From Chrysomallon squamiferum (Eukaryota; Animalia; Mollusca), in assembly GCA_012295275.1 (NCBI GenBank), contig CM022666.1, positions 13,392,001-13,456,000 on the forward strand: DNA of 64,000 bases. Direction: 5' to 3'. The number at the start of each line of letters is the position of its first letter. Within the stretch, counting starts at the first letter, position 1. The translations under genes and the position numbers were made by a program. Below, in pieces: positions 11,536 through 23,887 of the stretch. A model generated the notes under the pieces. That model was not told the DNA's origin and made no database searches. It was given only the letters and a program-made list of their open reading frames with translations.

Positions 11536-14500
11536 TTAGTTTGAGGTACATTACACCTAAATTAAGATAAATGTATAACCCAGAAAGTCAACTTGTTTTG
11601 ATACATACCATCCTTGTGTTAAGACCGTAAAATATTTCTTCTTTTTTTTTTTATTTTTTTTTTAATCTCTTTGTAAATAGCTGAAATTGCTTCTGGTCAC
11701 TCAGAGACTGTTGTATTTATGGCTCTGTCAGATAAGGAAAACTATGCAGCTTAACGGTCATCAGTTATCTGTGTACTGCTGATATGAATGTAGTCATGGG
11801 AATTGAAGAGGGGCTTAAGTGAAATGATAGGACTCGAGGCAGAAATTAGGTGATGTAAAAGAAAGAAAGAAAGAAGGAAAAGAAAAAGAAATGTAGAACC
11901 AGAGAATGCTGTTTTACATACTGTACATATTTGTGTATGTAGACCAGTGATTGCTGTTTACGCATGGTGTAATTATTTGAGTTTATAATATCAGTAAATG
12001 GTGTTTAAAACTGGTAGATCTGAATGTATAACCAATGAATGCTGTTTACACTCAGTGTATCTAAATATGTAAACAAATTAATGTTGTTTACACATAGTAT
12101 ATCTGAATATATGTAACTAGTGAATGCTGTTTACACTCAGTATATGTAAATGTGTAATTAAGTGAATGCTGTTTACACACTATATATTTAAGTATACAGA
12201 AGTTGTGAATGCTGTTTACAAACTACATATTTAAATAAACAGAACCAGAGAATGTTGTTTATATTATATATTATATAGTATATATTTAAATATGTCAATT
12301 CAATTAATGCTCTTTACAACTATATGTTTAAATATATAGAACCAGTGAATGCTGTTTAAAAAACTACATATTTAAATAAACAGAACCAGAGAATGTTTTT
12401 TCATATTATATAGTATATAGTTTATTTTTAAATATGTAGATTCAGTGGCTGTTTACACACTATATATTTAAATATATAGAACCAGTGAACGCTGTTTACA
12501 CACTATATATTTAAATATATAGAATCAGTGAATGCTGTTTAGACATTATATATTTAAATGCGTAGATCCAGTTAATGTTATTTACACATTATATATTTAA
12601 ATCTATAGAACCAGTGAATGCTGTTTACACTCTATATATTTAACTATATAGAACCAGTGAATGCTGTTTACACTCTGTATATTTAAATCTATAGAACCAG
12701 TGAATGCTGTTTACACTCTATATATTTAAATATATAGAACCAGTGAATGCTGTTTACACCCTATATATTTAACTCTATAGAACCAGTGAATGCTGTTTAC
12801 ACGCAGTATATTTGAATGGGTCAGCTGCATTCCATCTGTATTGTGAGGTGTGAGCAGGCTGTCACAGAGAGGGTAACGTGTAAAAATGTGAGTTATTTGA
12901 CCTGTTGGGCTGACACTAGGCAATGAAACCAAGTTTTTAAACACAGCTTTTGTGTACACTGAAACTTAACATCCACTTCTCATTCTGGAGAAAAGAAAGA
13001 GAAAAAAAAAAAAAAAAAAAAGGATGCAGCTCATGCTTGAATGGGTTTTAATGCATGTAAAAATTTTCCATAATTATTATGCATATATGCACATATACAC
13101 ACACAAGTCTACGTGTCTGTTATATTTTAAAGTTTTGTAACTCATACATTTTTATTGCATGACTGGTAATTCTTAATATGATGAAATTCAGTGACGTTAG
13201 TGATATTCATCTTGGAGTAAACTGAATTTCATTCATGCATCACTGGCCTTAGGTTATAATAATAAAAGTAGTAATAATACTACAGGATGAGTCACTCTGT
13301 CTGTCTGTCTGTCTGTCAGATAAAGGTTATAACTGCTGTATTAGATATCTGAAGGAGATGTCATGGATAACTAAATCACACATTATCACTGACTACATGT
13401 TATACTTTTTCCCATTCCAGTCATTATTGTTATATTAAAAACTATATGCTTTCCTGTCTATGGGAAGGTGTTAGTTAATGATCTGTTGTTGCTGCCATTT
13501 GAAATCATTGCTCACAGTTATATAAATAACTTTATATAAATATTTGTTTACTATGGTGTGAAAAAATGTTTGATACTCAACACATCTTTTTGGCTTTAGT
13601 TACTGTTGTAATTGTTTCTCTTTTTTAATTTTTTTTTTTTTGGTGGGTATTTCTGTTCCCATACTTGCAGACATTGTTAAGTTAATAATTCAGAGATGGA
13701 TGGATCTAGGCTTGTTTGTTTGAGAAGATCTGATTTGGTAAATTTGGTTAACACAGAATCACACTTCCATCTGTTTTACAACATTAGTGCATGCCAGGTT
13801 TAGTAACCATCTTAATGTGTACCTGTGATAGCACAAATAGATGCTTGAATAAAATTCTTTACACTTCCAAGTTTTATTGTTTTAGGCAGCCTCTCATCAT
13901 CACTAATAACAAATTAAGGATATAAATAATAATGTAGCTACAAGACATTAGAACATTGCTTGTTTTACCCATTTATCAGTGGAATCGTGATGTAAACACA
14001 TAAAAAGTGGATTGATTGTTTACTGACTTCTAAAAGAAACATCAGACCAGTCAGCCATGTTGATGATGACATCACTACAGCAAAAAACAGGTTGTGCTCA
14101 GATATTTTTAAATTAGATTTTTTGTTTTGTTGTTGTTATACTTCATTAAAAGATTGCATAGCAGAAAAACAACAGCAAAAAAACCCCACAAAATTCTCTG
14201 ATAAAACAACAACAACCTGTCTTATCTCCCAAAACAACCAATCGAAGTAAAACAAAACTTGAAAGTATGCAGAATGTTTTTTTAAGATTATTTCTTTGTA
14301 AAAAAAAAGTATATTTTAACATAAGCCATCAATGGAATAGTCTTGAAACCCAACAAGACACTCCTCAATGTAACAGTGATATTTATGTAGCTGTGGAGAC
14401 TGAACTTCATCTGTAACAATATTTACAAAGAAGCTGCAGGTGAACGTGTTTATTTTCATTCGGCAGGAAATGGTTGAAACATGACGGTTTGTGATTTCAA

Positions 14501-15860
14501 ACAATAAAATTAATGTTTTAGCTGGACAGCAGTCTTGTAGCCTCAGTTGCATGTCTGTGTTTGGAGCTTCTGTAGAATTAGGTATGTTTTAGCTGACTGG
14601 AGAATGAAGTGGAAATAACAGAAAAAGAAAGAAAGAAAGATCATATGTGTGTGAGAGAAAGAAAGAGAATGGGTATGTGTGGAAGAGAAAGGGGTAGTAT
14701 GTGTTTGGGGGAGAGAGAGAGAGAGAGCTGATGTGTAAATGTATTATCTAAGAAAAACATCTAGAGACTAGATCCTGATAAATGGCTGAAAGAGGTTATC
14801 TGTCATTGTGATAAAGACAGTAATATGTTAACAGGAGATTTGTACAATTTCTGTCACATAGTTTAGTCTCTTATTATTTATTCATTTATACACACACACA
14901 CACACACATACACACACACACATATACAAATACATTATTCTTTTTGAAGTATAAATCCACAATGTGTCGTCAGTAATTATCATATTTTCACATGACTCAG
15001 ACATCATCAAAACTAATTTCATAATTTAATATCAAATTTACAGATAAGAAGAAGATATTTTTCAACTGATAACACAGAAATGCATTTAGTGTCTTATCTA
15101 ATAGTGTTAACATGATACACAGATATAACTGACACATTATAGTACAACTGACCTCTGACATTTCAAACATTTCTGTTATCTGGTCAAGTATGTGGATTGA
15201 TTCATACATATTTTAAGACAATAGTCATCATTATTATTTCTCTCTACAATTTATTATCCTGTTTTCTTCTTTGGTCAAAGGAATTTTGTTTCAAATAAAG
15301 TTAAATAATGGATATTAAAATTAAAAAATTTAAAACATTTTTTTAGTGTGTGTGTGTGTGTTTTTAGTTATTAATTTTTCTTTTTTTCTTTAATATTTAA
15401 TTTAAATAGATTTTCATTAATAAAACAAAATAAAAAGAAACAAACCATTTAAAAATGCTTTAAAACCCCCCAAATATAATGTAAAAGTATCTAGCAATGA
15501 AATATTAAAATTTTAAAAATGAATAAAATTTCCCCACCCACATTTTTGTTCTACATTCTTTGCTTTCGGAAATTTTACTCATTAATAAATCATACAGCAA
15601 ATATACAGTCTTTTTAGGCATTTTGTCATTGTTTTTAAAGGTGTGGTTAACATTTTTTCATAAACTAGTAAGATACATATTGTTTTTTATGCCCATTATT
15701 ATTAATGCGATCAAGAGGTGGAGGCACTATATTTTTCCACAAGTTAATATTATTTTTTTTATTTTCTTTCAAATTTATTTTCTTTATTTTCATCTTTTAT
15801 ATGATAGTAATAATCTTTGAATTTTTATTTATCAAAAGGTGAGTGTATGTATTGTGTGTG

Positions 15861-15932
<72 letters not shown>

Positions 15933-18900
15933 ACTGTAGATATCAGAAGTCTACAAATTTTCATTAGTCATATTTCTTACAGATAATACAGTTTTTTTAA
16001 TAATAATAATAAATAAATAAAATAAAGTTAAATTAACTATTTAATTTGATTTATGTTGTATTTTCAGATTATTTGACGGAGAGTTGTGGCGTACCTGATC
16101 TTTTCACTCAACTTGAGATAATCGCCATGCAAAATCAGTACCGTGACCCTCCCCCCTACCCCGGTCACACGAAACAGCTCCACAATCAGCCCGGTTAGCA
16201 TTCGCAAACAAGATTTACTTATAACTTTCATAATTAATTAAGTTTTGTTGTACAGTTTGTTTCATACTTTAATAATCATAAAGTAATATTTTTAATTTAT
16301 TTTAATTTGTTTTGACTTTTGTTTTATTGTTTTGATTTTTCAATGTTTTATTGATTAAATTGTTGTTTTTTTTTTTTTATAATTTTTGCTCAAAACTCGA
16401 AAAAAAATTTAAAAATTTTTTTTTTTAAATTTTTAATTTTTTTTATTTTTTTTGCTCACCACTCGACTTTTTAATTATTTTATTTTAAAATTTTTTTTTT
16501 TTTTTTATTGACTTTTTAATTTTTTTATTTTTAATTTTTTTTTTTAATTTTTTAATTTTTATTTTTTTTTTTTTTTGCTCACCACTCATTTTTTTTATTT
16601 TTTTTTTTTTTTTTTTTTTTTAATTTATTTAATTTTTAATTTTTAATTTAAAAAAAAATAATTTTCACAAAACTTATTTCAGGACTCCGTCAGAGTTTTT
16701 CCGGCAGTGAAACAAGCACGGATGTTTCTGTTTCATCGTCAGAGAACCTGACAACGCTGCAACGTCAGGAACCACAGGGTGAAGAAAATGTATCGCAGAC
16801 ATCGTGTATATACAACCAGCTGGACGTCAACGCTGGTGACAGTGAATACAGCATATTAACACGCCTGGGAATGCCACCAATGTCCAGCGAACACAAGCCT
16901 ACAGCAGTGCCCGCTTACTTTGTGTCTGGACCTACACAGGGTAAAGTTTATTCCGTTTCTTCCGAGGCCTCGTTTTCTGGAGGCCAGATCGCAGGCCCTC
17001 AGTGGGCCTCCCAGGTCATGTCGACCCAGTCAGCAGTGATTCCTCCAAGAACTGTCGATTATTCTTCTCACAGTGGAAACCCTCATTACAGGAGCGTTCC
17101 AACATATGTTAATTCTCAGTGGACTGTGACGTCCGAAAATGAGCAGAACAATCAAGTGTTGTCGTACTTAGCAAATCTACCCCCTCCGCCCGAATACCCC
17201 GGCCCCAAGGCTCTGTCGAATGTTTCGGATAAGTCGGACACGAAGCTTTCGTCGGAAAATGTCGACAGGATGGGTTTGACCAAGTCTCAGCCTGATCTGA
17301 GACATCTTGTCGAGCCTCCGAACAAACTGGCGAACCCAGTCTTCAGCAGCGAGTCCATGTTTGCTCATCCAATGATGAGGTATGTCGTTTAAATTAACCA
17401 TTTTTTTGTTTTTTTTTATTATTTAATTTTTAATTTATTTCCTTGTTTTGTCCCGGAAATAATATTTGGTTTTAAAAGTTTGATGAATTATGCTGTGTTT
17501 GACTGCATTTCTTTATTCCAGAACCCTTATTATTTAAAAAAAAATTATATTTATATTATTATTATTATTATTATTATTATTTTATTATTATTATTTGTTT
17601 TTCATTTCAAAATCCAATATTATCCATTTCAGTTTTACTTTTAGCTAAATTCCTGCACCATATCTTTTAGCTCAACTTCAATTTTTGATAACAAAAATGT
17701 TTAAGTTATGGAATTGTCTTTAAAATTCTGTGTTTCTTGATCTCAAGATAGCTAAGCTAACTGATTTTACTTGAAGTCTATTTTCATGATATTTAACTGA
17801 AAAGTGATTTTATTCATGTAGACACTATCACAGTGGAAGTGATCCACGGAACGAGGATTTCGACCAGGCTGCCATGGCAACCAGAACAACGCAGCTGGTT
17901 GAAATGATGTCGGAGGAAAACAGAGCCCTTCGCGAAGAACTGAACATTTATGACAAGAAAGTCTCCAAACTGCAGAAGGTAATGTTAACATTTGTTTATA
18001 AATTTAATAAAAAAAGGGTGTTAATGAGTTGTGTTGTTCCCAGATTGTGGTAAATTTATGTAATATTAATATTAAAATATAAGTGGACTTTAATTGTTTT
18101 AACCTATGTTTATATCTTCCTACATACATGTTTGTCTACCCTGATACCTACTTAAATGTCTGTCCATCTTTTTGTCTGTCTGTATCTTAATGTCTTTATA
18201 TATGAAAAGCAAGATAAATATTTGATTGTTTTTGATTTCAGTTTGAGCTGGAAATTCAGAAAGTACACGATGCTTACGAATCGCTGGTGAAATCATCACA
18301 GAAGAGAGAGGCGCTGGAATCAACACTGAAAAAACGTTTGGAGGAAGAACTGAAAAAACTAAAAGTTCAGAACCAAGAGCTACGAGGTAAAGAAATAATT
18401 ATCATTTTCCTTCAGTTTAAGTCTAGAAATAACGGAAATTCTTTACTTTAAAACTAGTAATACAGACGTGTTCTTTTGTTTGTTTTATATGTTCAAGATT
18501 TAAGTTAAATATTTTATCATATAATTATCATATTCCTCAGTTTAAGTCTAGAAATAATCAAAATTCTTTAATTTAAAATTAGAAATACAGAATTTTTTCA
18601 ATTTTTTATATATATATTTTATATGTTAAAGATTTAAATTAACTGTTTGATCAAAAGTTACAGATCAGGTAAAGTGAAACTTCTCAAAACAAAGATCATG
18701 ACTAAATCAGAATTCACCTAAGACCAAACTGTTTCTATAAACCAAAACAACCCTTCAGTCCAAACTTCTAAAAGCTGAAACCTCATTAAACTGACATTTT
18801 CCTTATTAAACTGAAGAGTTTCCACAGTCTCCTGATTTGTCAAGTCAATTAAACATCTCCAGAAACATTTTTTACTTCATTCTGACATTGTTTGGTTTTG

Positions 18901-21900
18901 AGAAGTTTCACTGCATTTTTAAAACACACAAATACTTTATTAAATTTTTTTTTATGTTAATGTTATTTTAAGCAGTGATTAAGATAACAAAATGAAATTA
19001 AAAGTAATTTTATTTTTATGAAAATGTTTACTTTTTAAGCAGTCAAAGACTGGAAGAACATGATCTTATTAGAGATTAATACACTTTTGGTTTTTATTAT
19101 GTTGTTGTTGCTTTTTTTCTCTCACAAGAATATCAGTTTCCTTTTATGTAACAGATAGAATTTAATTCTTATTTTATATATTTGCTTAAAATTCCTTCTA
19201 TTATTAAATTTCAGAACAACTGGCAGGAAAATCTCTGACTTCTCAACAAGAGGTAATTTTATATTTTACTTTTATATTTTACTCTTAGTGGTACGACTTT
19301 ATTCTTTATTATTAACAAAGTTTGATGTTCATATTATATATGAAACAATCACCCAAATTCACAGAACACACACACACACACACGTTTATGCATGCACACA
19401 TGCACCTACACACACACACATATACTCAGTCTATTTGTTTATCAACCATTGCTACTCTTTATAAACCTGCCAGTAACTATTTTTACAAGAGTTCAATTCG
19501 GGCGACAGAATTCAGGTGAAATAAACAACAACTGTCACAGCTGACCTAGTTTTATTAAGTACTTGGTAGTTAGTCACGCCTAAGTGGATTTCTAAGGTAC
19601 ATGTTCATAATAGGTGTATTGATTGAAATAACTCAACAATTACTCTCTTTCGAGTTATTGATTCACACAGTGTTTACTTATCCTTATTTATATTTATATA
19701 TATTCTTCTTTCTTACATTAGATTAAACATTAACCAAATTCTTTTCTTTCTTTTATTCATCTTTTTTTGTGGTTTTTATTTTTGTTACGGTTGTTTTCAA
19801 TTTATTGGATTTTAACCGCATTTTTATCTGTGTCATTGTCCTGGACATTTTAGTTAATTTAATAGTGACATGGAAATTTAAAAATAAATTTAAAAAATCA
19901 AAATGTATAATAAAGTGTTCACCCAAATTTCTATCTCCTGTTTTTTTTTTTTGGTCTTTTATTTAATTTTGATTTATATATTTATTTTATTTTATTTTAT
20001 TTTATTTTATTTTATTTTATTTATTTTTGTATATTTCTATAATATTTTGTTTCTTTCATTAAATTAAAATTTTTTTCCCACCTTTTTCTTTCAAAAATCT
20101 CTCTTTTTAGCTAATAAACCTATGTTGTAAATACAACTGAATAAACATGATTTTTAAAATGATGATTATTATTATTTTTACAGTTGGGTTCAGGAGGTGA
20201 CCATTGGTCAAGTCAGATGGAAAAAGAAACAACAATAGGAAAACTAATTTCGCACAGTAAGTTTATAACTCAGTTTAAAAAAGAATTAAACAAAAAATGA
20301 TACCACCAATATAAGATAATGATGAACACGGTTTTAGAATATCAGTAAGTTTTTTTTAATGAAGAAATAAAAAAAAAAATGAAAAACTTGTCAAATTTCA
20401 TTATCTTTCCCTGGCATTGTGATAAAGAAGTAGTATTAAAAATGTTAAGACTGTTTCCATTCTTATCAGTTCCTATAATTACTTGATAGTTTATCAAAAG
20501 CTTTAAGAGTTTTCCTATGTGGGGGGAGGACTATAGAGACTGGATCTTTCTTAATATATATAATATAAAATATGATTCTTAACCTTAATTTTAAAGCTAT
20601 AACAAAATAATTTTATGTCAGTTGTTATATTGTCTCCTTCATCAAAAGACTATAATCTTTAATGTTAGTAAAAATATTTTTTAACTGATATAACTATAAA
20701 GTTCAGATTACAACAATTCATGAATTGATATCAATTACTAATCTTTGTTTTCTGTGCTGTCTTGAACATTTTAAACAATACACAATATGCTTTACAAGCA
20801 GTAAATATATATTTTTAGCTGATATAAATTTATTTTGTTATCTAGACAAGGAGCTGTTGTCAGTCACGGGATCGGTTGCAGTGTGAGGTGGAGTCACTCA
20901 GATTCAGTTTACAGGAACAGAAGGACAAAGTGGACATCCTCGACAACGCCCTCACCAACGCCCAGGCCAACGTCGTTAGACTGGAAGAGGAGGTAATTAT
21001 AGTGTTTGAAAACATTACATATCAGAAATAAGTGAAATAAAATGTTAAAACAATTTGTGTTATATATAGTTTATAAAAGTAAATTGACATTAGTAAATAA
21101 AATAGATGGTTACTAAAATAGATATTAAATGTTTATGGGACATAGTTTTACAGATAAAAGTTTATACATAGAAAAATAAAAAGACACATAAGTATATTGA
21201 CGTACATACATATTGTATAAAATTATAAATATTAGTGTGCATTAATAGAAGCCCTCTTTCATTAATTTTATATATAAGCCTAAGTATACTTAATGCATTT
21301 TTAAAAATTTACATATTTAAAATAAAAAATTGTTTGTTTTCTAAAGAAAACATATATTAAACAAAACTTTTTAACACTTTTTTCTCAAAAAGTCATAGTT
21401 GATAATAAGGTAATATAAAAAGAAAAAAACATGATTATATCAGTTTGAACTAGACAGTCATGTTTTACTGCCCTGTCTGTATCAAAGGCATTCCTCATTT
21501 CTAAGTTTCATTTTATTTTCTTTCTTTAAAAATCATTTTACTTTATTTACAAACACGTCTACATCTTTCACTGTTTTAATCTACTCAATTTTGTTTCAGT
21601 GTAATAAGAAGCAGGCTCACATTGACAAGATTGACCAGGTTCAGAAAGCTTTCGTGTCTCTGCAGTCAGTGAGCGAACGCAGAGAACAGTTAGAAAAACA
21701 AGTCAGACAGAAACTGGAGAAAGAACTCGAGTCACTGAGAGCCCAGCAAAAGGTAAACTAGTCATTAGTTAATTAATTTATTACGTGTATTATTGTTGAT
21801 AATTTACTCAGAAATATTTTCTTACATGTTCTGATAAAATTTATAAAACTATCTTCAGTTTGATGTAATTATTAACTTAAAAAAAAAATTAAAACATCCA

Positions 21901-21994
21901 GAAGTCTAGTAAAGATGTCTTCCATTATTAAGAAAGAATTAGTTATGGGGAATAACTTTGGTAAAAAAAAATGAATTACTTCCCTTGAACTAAA

Positions 21995-22031
<37 letters not shown>

Positions 22032-23403
22032 TATTATTGTTTTTCAAATTTTCTTTTATTAGTTTTTTTCTTTGTTTAATTTGATGACATATTTAACAAT
22101 TGTAATAAAAACTTTTATTTATAAAACATTTATTTATATAATTGCAGGCTGGATGGAAGAAAGGGCAGGAAAAAGAAGACAGTGACAACACGAGTGTCGC
22201 GTCACTGAGACGTCTGCTGGATGACAAAGAGAACAAAGTGTTGTCACTGGAAGCAGAAGTGGCCAGACTGGAACAGAAGTGTCTGGAAGAAAGCACAATG
22301 AGACAACTTGCCATGGACGAATCTTCCAGTCCTAAGTAAAATTCTTATTAATTTTAATCTTAATTTTTTTAAATAAAACTTATGTATATTCCAGTCCTTA
22401 GTGATCTTGTTTTCCTTCTTCTTTTTTTTTATATATATAAGTTGTGAATATTCCAGTCCTAAACAAGTTCTTTTTTTCATATATAAGTTTTGTATTTAAA
22501 GATTTGTAATCTGATAATATGAATTGTTACATATATTTAGTTTATATTATATCTTTATATTTTTGTCTTGTACTTCCATACTTTTTTTTTTTTTTCACTT
22601 GCTATTATTATTATTTGTTAATATTATATTGATCTATCTTTTCATTCTTCTTATTATGATTATTGTTCTTTGTTTAATTACTTATTTTTTGTAATGTTTT
22701 ATTATTATTATTATTATCATTAATTTGTTATTATCCTGTTTTATTTATTTGTTTACTTTTTTTTCTCTCAGAGAATTTCGACTAGCAGCATTAGAGAAAA
22801 CATCAGCAGATGCGGAGAAACTTATAAACGAGGCGAAATCGGAGAAACTGAAACACATGGAGGAGTTGTACCAGTCTCACAGGAAGATCGCAGAACTGGA
22901 GGCCAAGTGAGTCTGAACTTTACAGTTCATGTCTAGAATAAATTGTATTATTGAACATTTGTGAAAATCTGTTTCGTTTTCTTCAAGATTACCTATATGA
23001 GTGAATCTAGTGTGATTTGTATAGAAGAAGCAAAATACTATAATTATTTTATTTTATTTTATTTTATTTTATTTTATTTTATTTTTTTTTACTTTTTTTA
23101 CATTACATTACATTACATTTTTATTTTATTTTCATTTTATTTTATTTTATTTTTTTATTTTATTTTATTTTATTTTATTTTTGATTTATGTATATTTTAA
23201 TTTTAATTTAATTTTTATTTTATTTTATCTGTTTATTTATTTTATTTTTTCTATTTTATTTGGAAGGAAGGCTGATGTATATTTATTTTCATTTTTAATT
23301 TATCTGTTTATTAATTTATTTTCAGGTTTTTTTTGGAAGGTTTAAATGTGTATATCATTTTCTGGAAGAGTAATATATTTCCAGGTCTTTTTGTTTAAAT
23401 GTG

Positions 23404-23450
<47 letters not shown>

Positions 23451-23830
23451 AATCCAGTACAATCACAAAAATGAAAAGAGAGTATTTTTAATGTGTGTTT
23501 ATTGTGTTTTTAATGTGTGTTTATTGTGTGTTTATTGTGTTTTTAATGTGTTTTTAATGTGTGTTTATTGTGTTGTGTTTTCAGAGTGAAGTCTCTACAG
23601 ACGCAGCTCGCTCAGAAGGAAGGAATGGTCAGAGTCTTCCAGCGCTCACCCATGGCACGCAGCAGCAGTGTCCACACCATCTACTGCTCACCCATCCACT
23701 CGCCCCACCCATCTGTCATGGCAGCTACTTCTCTCAATCATCAGAGCAGTTTCTCAGACACAGCTTCATACAAAGAGTATTCTTCTGTGAAACACGTCAA
23801 GTCAGGTGAGTGTTAAAACTGAAAAACTTG

Positions 23831-23887
<57 letters not shown>

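Noticed and set aside
11890-12815. CRISPR-like regular repeats (also 57806-57982)
   Set aside because: Head-to-tail units without unique spacers, in a eukaryotic context with no cas genes.
17868-17882. X-box-like GCTGCCATGGCAAC
   Set aside because: Lies inside AMOT coding exon 4 (codons for AAMAT); most likely coincidental.
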